A stretch of DNA of 64,000 nucleotides from the human T2T-CHM13v2.0 reference genome, Homo sapiens: the NCBI RefSeq assembly GCF_009914755.1, contig NC_060934.1. One strand, 5' to 3'. The notes under the pieces were generated by a model. The model searched no databases, was not told where the DNA came from, and saw nothing but the letters and a program-made list of their open reading frames with translations. Below, one piece after another: positions 26,075 to 43,086 of the stretch (position 1 is its first letter; the number at the start of each line of letters is the position of its first letter). The translations under genes were made by a program, and so were the position numbers.

Positions 26075-26486
26075 GGATATAGTTTGACTGTTTGTTCCTA
26101 TGCAAATCTCATGTTGAAATGTAATTAATCTCCGGTGTTAGAGTTGGGGCCTGGTGGGAGGTGATTGGATCATGGGAGTGGTTTCTCATGAGTGGCTTCA
26201 CCATCTCTAGCTGTCATCAAGATTGTGAGTTCTCACAAGATTTGATTGTTTAAAAGTGTGCAGCACCTCCCCACTTCCTCTCTTGCTCTGGCTTTTGCCA
26301 CGTGACATACCTGCACCCACTTTGCCTTCCATCATGATTGGAAGCTTCCTGAAGCCTCCCTGGAAGCAGATGCTGCTATGCTTCCTGTACAGACTGCAGA
26401 AATGTGAGCCAACTAAACCCTTTTTTCTTTGGCACTTACCCAGTCTCAGGTATTTCTTTATATCAATGCAAGAATGGCCTAATACA
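26075..26486 (+). mobile_element. MSTA LTR nested in L1
   Basis: 5-bp TSD ATACC (26070-74, 26487-91). Confidence 0.9.
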
Positions 26487-26516
26487 ATACCCAAAAGAAT
26501 TGAAAACAACAACTTA

Positions 26517-26828
<312 letters not shown>

Positions 26829-27145
26829 CTATAAGATGGATGAACCTTGAAAACATTATGCTAAGTTAAATAAGCTAGACACAAAAGGATAGTGTATGAT
26901 ACCATTATGTGAAATATTTACAATAGGCAAATTCATAGAGACAGGAGGTAGATTAGAGGTTACCAGAGGTTACCAGGGGCTGGAAGGAGAGGAAAATGGG
27001 AGTTTTTGCTGAATAAGCACAGTTTCTATTTGGGGTGATGAAAGGGCTTTGGTAATAGATGGTGGTAACGGTTGCACAACATTGTAAATATAATTAATAC
27101 CACCAAATTGTACAGTTAAAAATGATTAAAATGGCAAATTGCATA

Positions 27146-27682
27146 TGTCTTTCTCCGTTTGTGTTGCTATAAAGGAATACCCAAGGCTGGGTAATTTATA
27201 AAGAAAAGAGGTGTATTTAGCTTATGATTCTGCAGATTGTACAAGAAGCATGGCACTGGCATCCACATCTGGTGAGGGCCTCAGGCTGCTTCCGCTCATG
27301 TCAGAAAGGGAAGGCAAGCCAATGTGTGTGGAGATCACATGGTGAGAGAGGAAACAAGAAAGAGGGGGGTAGTGCTAGGCTCTTTTAACAACTAGCTCTT
27401 GGCCAGGTGAGGTGGCTCATGCTTGTAATCTCAACACCTTGGGAGGCTGAGGTGGGAGAATCTCTTCAGCCCAAGAGTTCAAGACCAGCGTAAAAAAAAA
27501 AAAAAATCCCATAAAACCTAGCTCTCACAGGAACTAAGAGACCAAAAACTCACTCACCTGCAACCCAGGGAGAATATTAATCTATTCATGAGGGATCTGC
27601 CCCATGAGCCAAATACCTTCCATTAGGCCCCACCTCCAACACTGGGTATCCAATTTCAACATCAGATTTGGAGGGTCAAATA
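27146..27682 (-). mobile_element. MSTB1-like LTR interleaved with an AluJ
   Basis: GTTGCTATAAAGGAATACCCAAGGCTGGGTAATTTATAAAG...; terminal ~15 bp missing. Confidence 0.85.
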
Positions 27683-27900
27683 CCTGGGCTACATACCCTT
27701 GTCTCTAGAAAAAATATATAAAATTTAGCTGGGTGTGGTGACACATACCTGTAGTCTCAGCTACTTTGGAGGCTGAGGCAGGCGGATCATTTCGGCCCAG
27801 AATTTCGAGGCTACAGTGAGCTATAATCAGGCCACTGTACAACAGCCTGCAAGACAGAATGAGACCCTGTCTTTAAAAAAATAAAAATAAAAATAAATTA
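27401..27900 (+). mobile_element. AluJ in two complementary pieces (27401-27489 and 27683-27900)
   Basis: The first piece ends at GACCAGC; the second resumes at CCTGGGC. Confidence 0.85.
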
Positions 27901-28254
27901 ATTACTTTTAAAAAGACCTTGTATTGCAAGTTGGTAAACATAAGTACATTTGTTGGGACTATGAAATTATTCACCCACAGGATCAATGTTACAAATTGGT
28001 ATTTGCATCTCAATTTAGTTTGTTCAACCCAGAATTCACATTTGCCATAAAACTGTAGTCAATAATTCAATTAAACTACTGATAACCAAAGGGGAAAGCA
28101 ACATATTGAATCAAAAATAGTTTTATCAACTGGTGTCACCAAAGAAAAGCAGGTTTCACTAGTGTTGAGAAAATAGAAAGTTTTCTATTGATTATGGAGA
28201 AATTTCAGTTCAGTTTCTAGAAGGTTAAATGCCCCAATTTTTTTTTTAATGACT

Positions 28255-29020
28255 GGGTTAAACTAAATAATGGCCTCCATTATTTCCATATGCAAATCCT
28301 CAGAACCTATCACTGTTACGTTATATGGCAAAAGAGAATTTGCAAATGTGATTAAGTCAAGGATCTTGAAATTGGGAGATTATCCTGGGTTATCTGATGT
28401 CCCCAATGTAATCACAAGGATCTTTATAAAAAAGGAAATGTGAGACAAAGGGAGAGAAGGTGATGTGATGAAGTAGAGGTCAGAGTGATGCGGGGGCTAG
28501 ATCCAAGGAATGTGGGCAGCCTCTAGAAGCTGAGACAGACAGGGAAATGGATTCTCCTCCTAGAGCCTCCAGAAGGAAAGCAGCCTTGCCAACCCATTTG
28601 AAACTTCTGATCTCCAGATCTATACAACAATACATCTGTGTTGTTTTTTTTTATTTTTATTTTTTTAGGGACAGGTCTTGCTCTGTTGCTCAGGCTAGAG
28701 TGCAGTGGCATGGTCTGGGCTCACTACAGCCTCAACCTCCCAGGCTCAAATGATCCTCCTGCCTCAGCCTCCTGAGTAGGTGGAGCTACAGACATGTGCC
28801 ACCACACCTGGCTAATTTTATTTTTTATTTTTTGTAGAGATGGGGTCTCACTATGTTGCCCACCCTGGTCTCCAACTCCTGGGCTCAAGCAATCCTCCTG
28901 CCTCAGCCTCCCAAAGTGCTGGGCTTATAAGTGTGAGAGTCACAGTTCCTGGCCCATCTGTGTTATTTTAATGTTTAAGTTTGTCATAATCTGTTACAGC
29001 AGCAATAAAAAACTAACAAA
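28255..29020 (+). mobile_element. MLT1D LTR with nested AluJ (-, ~28645-28955)
   Basis: TATATGGCAAAAGAGAATTTGCAAATGTGATTAAG; Alu TSD CATCTGTGTT(G/A)TTTT. Confidence 0.85.
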
Positions 29021-29096
29021 ATGACTAATTTTACTTCCAAACCCATTGTCTCCCTCCCTTAAAATAATTTTATCACAATAGCTATTTTTATATTAC

Positions 29097-30724
<1,628 letters not shown>

Positions 30725-31013
30725 TTAATCAGGAATGAGTCACAGCAATACTGTAATCTTGATGAAGATGTTGATGTAGATAATACTCCCATTTACAATG
30801 CACTTGCCAAATACAAGGCATTGCACTGAAAGCTTTACAGACTTTATTTTAAAAAATTTTACAACCTTTTAGGTAAGTACCATTAACCACTTTTACAGAT
30901 CAGAAAACAGGGTCTATGAGGTGAAATAATTTGTCATACAGTGGTGATGTAAATATGCATATAATGAAACAGAATAGGCAAGTCAGAAGTGATTTTTGTA
31001 TTTCTTTTAATAG

Positions 31014-31208
31014 ATTAAGGGTACTTACTATCAGCAAAAGAGTGAAAGTCTGACAGAAAAGAAAAAGATGGAAAGAAATGTGGGGATGTGCAATTCCTTA
31101 TGTTGGTTGGTTCAGCAGAGCTTTGCCATTGTTCAGATGGAGTTTAGGCAAGCAAAAGACGACCAGCCATTGCTGGGTATTTGAACATCAGATGTTCATA
31201 AGGCTTAG
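31014..31208 (+). pseudogene. Dynein AAA4 P-loop exon remnant
   Basis: Acceptor TTTCTTTTAATAG and donor AG|GTATTC. FAIV..DG/SLGKQKTTS/IAGYL across frameshifts (cf. HALLVGVGGSGKQSLTRLAAYI). Confidence 0.6.
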
Positions 31209-31379
31209 GTATTCTTAAAAGAAAAATTTATTCTCTTAAAAATTCTGAAAAAAAGTTCTCTGTATTAAAACTTCATAATGAACATTGCCACATTGTATAT
31301 TAGGCACAGATATTATTTGTTGGAGTTTTTGGTAATTGTTATTTTTGTAACTGGAATATTTAATATATGTTTTATATAT

Positions 31380-31677
<298 letters not shown>

Positions 31678-31804
31678 ATATATTTTGCAAACAATAGCAA
31701 ATCTAGAGGAAATTCTTTGAAGTAAGAAGCAGTGGTACTTAAAACTGGCTACTTGTATTTATCATCTCTGTTTCAGTTTTTTAAGAAATTCAAAATTTTT
31801 ACAG

Positions 31805-31990
31805 AGAGTTGATAAAAACATTTGATGATTTGGGGTGCAGATGAAGGATGGCTGGTATTTGAAAAATAAATAAACAAAGGCCTTCCTTGATTCTTAATGT
31901 TGAGACTGAAGGCTTCAGTGGAGTTTCTTCCTCAGCCTGAATTCCAGTGATAATGTGTCTGTTCTTGACATGAGCAATAACTGGAGTACT
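31805..31990 (+). pseudogene. Dynein AAA4 exon remnant
   Basis: Acceptor TTTTTACAG; TFDDLGCR*RMAGI*K (cf. FREDLK.LYR.AGI); AFLDS* and LNSSDNVSVL (cf. FLFTDSQI, LNSGEVPNL). Confidence 0.6.
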
Positions 31991-32510
31991 TAGGATTAAA
32001 CAAAATATTAGATGTGCCGGGCCAGAGGAGGTGAGGAAAGTCTAAAGTGATAAGGTGCTAGTCAGCTCAGAGTGGCTGTTTTAGATAGTGTAATACAGCA
32101 GACTAGAAACTTGTCGGAAAGGAAAGGTACCAGGCAGGAGATAAATGTACACCCACCTTAGCTAATGTAAGGAGCTGAAAACTCTATTTTGAATTTTTAT
32201 CCTAAACATGGAAATAACATCCTTATGAGAAATTGAACACTAAATAGACATATTAAACCAATTTTGCTTATTGAGACATCTGTTCATTCATTTATTCAAC
32301 AGCTATTTACTGAGTGGATACTTGGTAGTTTTTAGGCCTTAGAATTAACCCAAGACAAACTTGTGAGGTAGGAAGTTGCATCTCAGTCATCTCACTACTT
32401 TGCTCTTTCTTGAGACTTCAGCCTTCCCTTTCCTCCCTCAGGTTTTGGAGCTTAGAAATTAATAATATTAAAGCTTCAATGACAAGACTGTTTAAAATAA
32501 AAAATGGTTG

Positions 32511-32967
<457 letters not shown>

Positions 32968-33079
32968 TTAATACCATAATAAATACATAAAAATACACAT
33001 AAGAAACTAAACAATAAAAAGAATGTGTTAAATAATTTTTTTTTTTTACCATTTCAGGTTTTTTTTCTTTCTAATTCAG

Positions 33080-33226
33080 TTAATCAGTCCCGCTTTGCTT
33101 GTTTGTCAAGGTTCTTCAACTTGCTTAAAAACTTTTTCAAATTGGTCAAAAATTAATCTTTCAAATTACTACAGGCTTACAAAACTTTTATGCACCATGC
33201 AAACATCATGAGATGTAGTATGGGAG
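33080..33226 (+). pseudogene. Dynein AAA4-to-stalk exon remnant
   Basis: Strong polypyrimidine acceptor and G|GTAAGG donor. One frame gives SRFACLSRFFNLLKNFFKLVKN*SFKLLQAYK (cf. YVTPKSFLELIK.F..LL..K..EL). Confidence 0.6.
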
Positions 33227-33448
33227 GTAAGGAATATTTAACCTGCTTCAAACTTTAAGTATTGGACATTTGGATTGTTTTCCACTTTACCCCGTTACCG
33301 ACAAAGTGGAGCAGACATAACTGATTAATATTTTTAACCAAATATTTTGACTTAAGTATCGAATTCCTTTGGGGTCTTGAAGGATATAATACACTATGAA
33401 AGAAAAGTAGAAGGTGCTGATGATACAACGAATTAGGAGGACCTATTT

Positions 33449-34093
33449 TGTCGTGGGAACTTTAGAGAAGACTTTTTGAAGAAGAGTCACATGTCCTACC
33501 TCAATCAGTCTACAAGCGCAAGGAAACAACTTAGAGTTCGACAAAGTCATATTTATAGATTCATTGCAGTGAGGGAGATCACACACAGAACTGTGAGGCA
33601 TCTCACTCACCAAACAAGGACAAGATAATCATTACAGGATTTGGGGGAAGAGTAGAGTTTGGGTGAGATTTAAATGAAACCATTTAAGTGGCTTTTGATG
33701 AACTCAAAGCAAATCAGGAGTCAACATCAGGTCTGGGCAGGATCCAGGGGTCTGCTTCCTTGAAAACTAGAAAGTTAAGACAGATATGGATTATTGTGTC
33801 CAGAAGCCCTTTTCTTAAGCTCTGTGGCTGGAATGGAAATGGAGGCTGATTCTCTGTGTCAAAGTGTTTTAGAGTCTCCAAGACACTATGATGTTTTATG
33901 TTATAATAATATAATTTCAAAGAACAAAGTTTCTTAGCAAGTAAGAAAACAGTAATCACTCAAAGAATGGGGTTGTTATGAAGCTTTATCGCATGTCTTT
34001 GGGATAACTAGTTTCCCGTAAACTTTGCAGCTAGTTTTATCAATGTTTATTAATCCAGCTTGATGAGTGATGGAACAGATTTTTACTTTCTAA
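33449..34093 (-). mobile_element. Old ERV1-type LTR (MER110/MER90-like)
   Basis: LTR-like texture ending ATTTTTACTTTCT; subfamily uncertain. Confidence 0.5.
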
Positions 34094-34129
34094 GTCCTAG
34101 CAAAAGCTTTCCCTAAAAAGAGAGGACCA

Positions 34130-34945
34130 ACCAAGAGACAGGGGAAAATAACTTTCTGGAAAGAACAAAAAAACAAGCATGAAGGTTGTGAGCTGGTTCT
34201 GGACACATTTAAGACCCTAAAAACCAACAGGACAATGACACAGGCAACAAATGATTTGAAATGATGGAGAGATAGGGGCAGATCTTTCAGGAAGCTGCTA
34301 GCCTTAGTTAGGATTTTGCATTTCATCAAAGAGTAGAGGGAAGTCACTAAAGGATTCTAATCAGGGGAATTACCGAATCTTCATCTTCTAAGATAGAGAA
34401 TGCATTGTCATAGGCAATAGTGGAAGGTAGATGACCGTTTGGAAAGTTGTTGCAAGAGAGGATGATAGTTTATACTAGGGTGGCAGCAGTAAAGAAGGCA
34501 GAAATGGAGAGATTCAAGACAAAATTTTAGGTAGAACCAAATGGTCTTAGTGAGAGTTTGAATGTGTAACATGAGGGAGATGGAGTCAGGGATAATATCC
34601 AGGTTCTGGCTTGAATATCCGAGTAGAAGGTGGCATCATTAGGATGTGGAAGACTGGAGGTGAGGCAGGATTGATGGAAAAGAACAAGTACAGCTGTAGA
34701 CATCTTACATTTGTGCGACATTTAAGTAAGAATGCCTTGAAAGCATTTGGGTATTTGGATCTGAGGTTGAGAAGAGAGGATTGAGTTGGTGCTAAATATG
34801 GAGTCATAAGTATATATTCAAAGCCATGGAAAAAAAAGTAACATGAGAAGAGAAAAAGGATCAGGACCAAGTCTAAAGGAACTACCAAATCCAGAGGTGA
34901 ACAGGAGGACAGGAGCCAGCAAGGAAGCCCAGGCACCATGAAGAT
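34130..34945 (-). mobile_element. L2 fragment
   Basis: GAGGGAGATGGAGTCAGGGATAATATCCAGGTTCTGGCTTGA-type L2 motifs. Confidence 0.8.
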
Positions 34946-35089
34946 GGCTGAATTCACTTATGAAAAGCTTGGTTTGATGCTTTGATGTTAACTCAGTTGT
35001 ACTTGTCATCAATTTCTTAGAGAATCGAGAGCTGAAACATATTCTGAACTGCCTTCTATTTTTATTCACTGCTTTGTATTATCTGTAGT

Positions 35090-35852
<763 letters not shown>

Positions 35853-35929
35853 TTTTTAATTTTATTTTAAGCCTGTGTTCTAACCACATCATTTACCTGC
35901 AGGTCCTTGGATACAATATATACTTTTGA

Positions 35930-36265
35930 GTCTGAGTCTGTGCTCACGTTGTTCCTTCTGCTTAGAATGGCCTCTCTTTCCCCTTCTCTACCTAATCAAG
36001 TCCTACTTAACTTTTAAAACCCAGCTCTAGTGGCATGCTCCTCTCTGAGCCTTTTGTTGTTCTAATAAGGCGTAACTAATCACTCCTCCTAAATACACTC
36101 ACAGTATCCAGCTCATTCCATTAGTACAGATCTTTTCATGTTTTACTTTGCTAAGGTATAGACAAATATATCTGTCTCTACCATTGGACTGTAAGGTTCT
36201 TAAGTGACCATGAGTTATTCAACTTTACGTCCCTCATACAGAGAACAAATCTTGTTGAATTTACT
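35930..36265 (+). mobile_element. L2 3' fragment
   Basis: GTTCCTTCTGCTTAGAATG...TGGACTGTAAG...TTGTTGAAT. Confidence 0.65.
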
Positions 36266-36512
36266 TGCATGTAATTGGAGATGACATGGCAAAGAATAAT
36301 GTGGATATATCCTGCTCAGCTTCAGATAAACGCTATGACATATGTAAACAAAATATTCAGCTAACTTTTAAACTTTACATCTAATTTTGACTTATATAGG
36401 ATGTAAACTGCATACATGTACATATGCTTCAAACCTTTGAACATGCTGCTGTCTGTCTGGCATATGCCCCTATCTTCTCTCTCCCACAAGTCCACCCATC
36501 TCTCAATTTTAG

Positions 36513-36870
<358 letters not shown>

Positions 36871-37099
36871 ATTTTAGTTCTAACTAAACTGTCAACAAAA
36901 TCTTTGACTACCTTCTCTCTCTACCTCAAGATAGCTTGCTCAATTGCAATGTCACCCTGCACTCTCATTTTACAACACACATCATCTTTTAGTTTCTCAG
37001 TAAGTGTTGCTTTCTCTCTACAACTGAAAGCTCCAGGAGGCAGGGACAAAACCTGTAGTTTTTCTTTTCTTTTTTTCTTTTTTCAGCAAAGGGAGGGCT

Positions 37100-37500
37100 G
37101 ATTTTTTAACTTTTTGAAAATAGATGAAAGTAAACAATAAAATAATAAAACCTCAGATGCCATCGCTCAGCCTCAGTAACCATCAACCCATGGCCAATCC
37201 TGTCCCTACTGCAACCCTGCCCATTCCCTACACTCACACATTATTTTGAAGTAAGTCCCAGACAACACATGATTTTATTTGTAAATATTTCAGTCTGTTT
37301 CTGAAATGACTCCTTTTTGTAACATAACCACAATGTCATTATTACACCTAAGAATGAATAATATACCTCTTTAATATCATCAACTATCCAGGCAGAATTC
37401 AGATTTTTAATTATCTCTTTCAGACAATCTTTTTAATGTCTTTTCTTGAATCAGGATACAAACAAGGTTCACACATTGAGATTGGCTGGTAGTCTATTGT
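37100..37500 (-). mobile_element. L1MC 3' fragment
   Basis: ATTATTTTGAAGTAAGTCCCAGACA...TTGAATCAGGATACAAACAAGGT. Confidence 0.7.
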
Positions 37501-38014
37501 CTCTTTTTACCTACCGATTCACCTTCTATTTTTTCTTTTTGTTTCATCACTTATAAATATAAATACTATTTTTTTAATAGCTATGTCTCCAGTTCCTCAC
37601 CCAGTCTTGGTCATAGCAGGTTTTAGATAAATATTGTATTTGATGAATAAATGAATGAATACAAGTAATGCATAATTGAGAAATCTCAGGAGATACCAAA
37701 AGAAATGTAATTTAATAATAATCTTTGATTTCTCTGATCTCATATTTCTTCAATGTTCTCTAAATTTAAAATTTTATTTGATACATAATAAATGCATACT
37801 TTTGAGGCAGAAAGTATTATTCTCTGAAACATTTCTAAGAAATTAATTTACCCTGGAATTGTCGTAATTAGTTAATTTTAACTACTTCCCCTATATAAAA
37901 TTGGTGACTTGGGCAGCAAGACAAAAAAGGTTTCTATTGTTAAGTAAGACTTATTTTTCTTCCTCAAGAAATCATCACTAGTAAGCATTGCAACCTTTAC
38001 TTTGCTATTGTTAG

Positions 38015-38170
38015 ATGTGGCAACAACTCGTGCTGGACTCGAGAAAATTGTGCAAGCTTGAATTAAATAATTGCTTCTAAATTTGCTTATAAGGAAGTTT
38101 ATTGTCTTACCAGGGACTAACACTACAAATATGGAAATGGAGTCAAGCAGTGATTCAATGTAGATAACAT
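38015..38170 (+). pseudogene. Dynein microtubule-binding domain / stalk CC2 remnant
   Basis: Acceptor TTTGCTATTGTTAG. One frame gives MWQQLVLDSRKLCKL...LQIWKWSQAVIQC (cf. W...K..L.D..FL..L ... LC.WV.A..Y). Confidence 0.6.
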
Positions 38171-38477
38171 AATTGGAAACTGGGAGAAAGAATGTTCATT
38201 CAACAATCGAGAAAAACTAAAATAAAAGTTAAACTTTACTTCATCAATGCTGGGTCCAAATTAATTAATGAAAACAGAAATAAAACTATGCTTCCTAGGA
38301 TAATATTGACAGTATTTTTAAAAGTTTATTATTTTTTAAAAAGATTATTATATGAAGAGTAAAAGTCTTTCTATCTCTCTAGCCTCCCTTATTCAGATTT
38401 TCAGAGGTAAAAGCATTGTTTCTTATATATCCAGGCATTTTCCTATCAGAATGTCCAACATATGTATATTTATATAT

Positions 38478-38833
38478 AGTCATGCACCTCATAATTACAT
38501 TTAGGTCAATGGCAGGCCACATGTATGATAGTGGATGGTCCCATAAGATTATAATTGAACTGAAAATTTCCTATCATGTAGTGACATGGTAGCTTTCATA
38601 ACCTGGTAACACAGCGTATTGCTCACAGGATTATAGTGATGCGATGCAGACAAACCTACTGCACTGTCAGCTATGTAAAAGTATGGCACATACAATTATG
38701 TACAGTACATAATACTTAATGATAATAAGTGACTATGTTACTGGTTTATGTATTTACTATACTATACTTTTTATCATTATTCTAGAGTGTACTCCTTCTA
38801 CTTATTAAAAAAAAGTTAACTGTAAAACAACCC
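38478..38833 (-). mobile_element. Tigger3b fragment
   Basis: Homologous to 29097-29440. Confidence 0.85.
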
Positions 38834-38884
38834 CATGAAGAGTAATATATTCTAGATACACTTCTGTACTTGCCTTTCACACAG

Positions 38885-40370
38885 TTGATCATGTTGTTCA
38901 AATTGTCCAGATTTGGGCATTAGTAGCTCCTTTAAGTTGGCTCCGATGTCTTGTAGACTTGGCCCCCATTATTTTGTGAACATGTCTTTACTTTCTGGCA
39001 CTTTAAATGGTCTAAGCTCATCTTGCATTCCTCCTGCTCTAGTCTGGACTCAGTCATTTCCCCAGGGAGCTCTGGTTCCTTTCATCGAGAATGGTATTTA
39101 GAAACCAAGATCTGGAAACTAGTTGTGCTCATTGCTACTGGGATCTCACTGCATGTATATCCATGAGTTCACACTGATATTCCTGCTCTGATTTCAATCT
39201 GGAGTTTGTGCTACTTCACAATTTCTCTATTTTAACTCTTTTATCTGACAGAAAACTGGCTCTCAATATCCACAGTGTATTTCTTAATTACTCAATCCTA
39301 GTATATACATAAAGTAGTTTCAGAAATACTAACCCATACCCTATGAAAAACAAATTTACTAAAGTACAATATTTTCATACAGTTCTTTCTGTTTTTAGCC
39401 TTCTAGTATATGGTTAAAATAATGTTCTCCAGGTTATGTTAGATAATTCTTTTATTTTTTATCCCATTTAGTATAATTATGTCATTTATTTGTAATACAG
39501 TTGGGCTTATTTGTTACTGCTTATATTCCATTTTGGGTCTTCCCTTCCCCAACATCCTGGTTAATTTTAATTATTTATTTTTTTGAGGGGGGTGAAACAT
39601 TACCATATTTATAGGAATTAGAGCTATGCATATAGGAATACTCTGAGTGTGTCACATCTCTCTAATCATTTCTACCCATTTTTATTCCCCAATTTTTCCA
39701 CGCTGATCCTACTTAACCTCTGTAGGTGACGAATCTCATTTGTTTCTAGTTTAACTTTCCAGTATGTTTTTCCTCATATATGTGGATATATGTATATTTT
39801 CTTATATATACTTCTTTCTTACATGAAGAGTAGTATACTCTAGATATTCTTCTGTACTTTGCTTTCCACATAAGAATATACCTTGGAAATCTCTGAATAT
39901 GAATCCATAGAGCTCTTCCTCATTTATTTTATAGCTGCATAGTGCTCTCTTGTGTGAATTGTTAGAGTTTATTTAAAAACCACTGTTCTATATATGAGTA
40001 TTTAATTTGTTTCTTAAATTTAGCAATTATATATAATCTTACAATGAATAAACTTGTACATATGTTTTTCATATTGTTGGATATGTATCTTCAGGGTAGA
40101 TTTTATAAGTGAGATTATAGGGCTCCTTATGTAGTTATATTAGGTATTGCCAAGTTTCCATTGAGAAGGGTTGTTGCAGTTTGTATTCCTTAACAGCAAT
40201 GAAAAGAGTGATTATTTTCCTAAGATCTGGCTAACAAAATGTGTTGTCATATTTTAATTTATTACATTTTATTAGTTAAAATTTTATTTTAATTTTTACC
40301 CATCTGATAGGTGAGAAATAATAGCTTAGCATTTTTTTAATCTGCATTTTTCTAGTTATGAATTTGCACT
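38885..40370 (-). mobile_element. Old L1M (L1MC/MD/ME) fragments
   Basis: CCAGGGAGCTCTGGTTCCTTTCATCGAGAATGGTATTTAGAAACCAAGATCTGG and similar. Confidence 0.7.
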
Positions 40371-40394
40371 TTACAGGTATATATATGTATTTTT

Positions 40395-41083
40395 CTTTTT
40401 AAAAAATTGTATTTTAAGTTCTGGGGTACATGTGCAGGACATGCAGGTTTATTACGTAGGTAAATGTGTGCCACGGTGGTTTGCTGCACCTACTAACCCA
40501 TCACCTAGGTATCAAGCCCTGCATGCATTAGCTATTTATCCTGATGCTCTCCCTCTTCCCAACCCGCTGACAGGCCCGAGTGTGTGTTATTTCCCTCCCT
40601 GTGTCCATGTGTTCTCAATGTTCAGCTCACACTTATGAGTGAGAAACATGAGGTGCTTGGTTTTCTGTTCCTGTGTTACTTTGCTGAGGATGATGGCTTC
40701 CAGCTTCATCTGTGTCCCTGCAAAGGACACGATCTCATTCCTTTTTATGGTTGCATAATATTCCATGGTGTATATGTACCACATTTTCTTTATCCAGTCT
40801 ACCATTGATGGACATTTGGGTTGATTCCATGTCCTTGCTCCTGTGAATAGTGCTGCAGTAAACATACACATGCATGTATCTTTATAATAGAATGATTTAT
40901 ATTCCTTTTGGTATATACACAGTAATGGGATTGCTGGGTCAAATGGTATTTCTGGTTCTAGATCCTTGAGGAATCACCACACTGTCTTCCACAATGCTTG
41001 TACTAATTTACATTCCCACCAACAGTGTAAAAGCATTCCTTTTTCTCCACAGCCTCGCCAGCATCTATTGTTTCTTGACTTTG
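40395..41083 (-). mobile_element. L1PA 3' end
   Basis: WNQPKCPSMVDWIKKMW ORF2 end plus L1PA 3' UTR. Confidence 0.9.
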
Positions 41084-41137
41084 AAAAGTGATTATATGTA
41101 TATTTAAGGATCACTTTTTCAACAGCCTTGTTAAGGT

Positions 41138-41571
41138 TGTGGAGACAAAAACCACCCCATCTTGGATGCTAATCCACCATGTTGACTTCTGATTAGACCC
41201 AGTCCCATGAATAACTTCTGGTTTCTACTTTATTTACTGTCCCTAGTATAAGATCAAAACAACCCTGATGTTATCACACAAATTATAGGCTAGGACACAC
41301 ATAGCATTTTCGCCTGTTCTGGAGGGTTGCCTTTAATCGTTTTTGCTGGAGCATGTGTACCCTTTCCATACGGTACCCAAACCTTGGGTCTGGGAAATAA
41401 CAGTGTGGAGATCTACCTGTCTTGCAGTCATCCAAGATCACACTTCTGTCCATAAGTTCCTCAGTAAATCACCCATTACTGACGAACTGGATTTGTTCAC
41501 TTCCTTCTTTGGTTTCTGGGCTTCTTCAGCATTTGGGAATAGCTTTGTGTGCACAGCCTTTTCACAGAACA
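41138..41571 (+). mobile_element. LTR47-like ERVL solo LTR
   Basis: TGTGGAGAC...CACAGAACA; 5-bp TSD AAGGT/AAGAT. Confidence 0.75.
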
Positions 41572-41889
41572 AAGATATGACCTACTTTCTGTTTCTATAG
41601 AGTTGTTAAAGCCATTTGTGTGTCTCTGTGTGTGTGTGTGAATTGTCTATTGATGCCCTTTTCCCATTTTTTCTAATGGGTGCTTGGTGCTTGATCTCTT
41701 AATTTCTAACAATTATTTACATATTAGGAATATTAGCCCTTTTCCTGTAATATATGTTGAAAGCATGTTTTTAACCTGGTTGTCAGTTGTCTTTTGACTT
41801 TGTTTATGATATTTATCATGCAGTTTATTTTTATGTTACTAGATTCATCAGTCTTTTATAAATGGCTTTTAGATTTAGATTTATAACCA

Positions 41890-42715
41890 TTGCCAACTGC
41901 TGGCTCCTCCAGAAACCACCAAAATGGTTTACTGATGAACAAAAACCAAGTTTATTGCTCACTGCAGTAAGGAAGATGACTGTCTTCACATAATCTTAGT
42001 AGCCTCAGAAAAGGGAGTCAAGGGTGGGATATTGGTAAGCTTTGGGGAGTCTGGTTCTAAGGTATGTCTTTCAACATGAGGTGTGCAGTCCTGACTGGGA
42101 TAGGGTAGTTTGGATTGCTGGATACAGTGAGGCAAGACCTATAAAGCCAGCCTTGAAAGGTAAACAGTCACTTGAAAACCCAGTTGAGTGATCTACTGTT
42201 CTGAAAAGAAGGCTGTTTAGCCCGATGAGGCTGTATGAGTACAGATACATAGATCGGAAAGTTTCCAGGACAAAAAAGTAATTTCAACTTTACTTTCTTA
42301 GGCAAGGATTTCTTGGAATAGTAAAGTCATCTTAGTGCAGACAGTTCCTAATCTCTTTATTTTTTATTTTTAGAGACATAGTCTCTCTCCATCCATTAGG
42401 TTGGAATTCAGTGTTGTGATCATAACTCACTGAAATCATAAGCTGGAATGCCTGGGCCCAAGTGATCCTTCCACCGCAGCCTCCCAAGTAGCTAGGGCTA
42501 CAAGCACATGCCACCATGCCCAGCTAATTTTTAATCTTCTTATATAGAGACAGATTCTTGTTATGTTGGCAAGACTGGTTTTGAACTCCTGGTCTCAAGT
42601 AATCTTCCTGCCTTGGCCTCCCAAAGTGCTAGGATTACAGGTATGAGCCACCATGCCCAACCAAACAGTTCCTAATCTTTTTAAGCTGTGTGGCTTCAGG
42701 TTGCTTTTGTTCTCA
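41890..42715 (-). mobile_element. Old ERV1-type LTR with nested AluJ (-, ~42355-42662)
   Basis: AAGTTTATTGCTCACTGCAGTAAGG; Alu TSD ACAGTTCCTAATCT. Confidence 0.6.
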
Positions 42716-42727
42716 ACATATCCTCTA

Positions 42728-43086
<359 letters not shown>

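Noticed and set aside
27960-28130. Possible further dynein exon remnants (also 19700-19900, 33350-33440, 36270-36400, 50385-50520)
   Set aside because: Positions fit the colinear order, but the motif similarity is too weak to list without an alignment.
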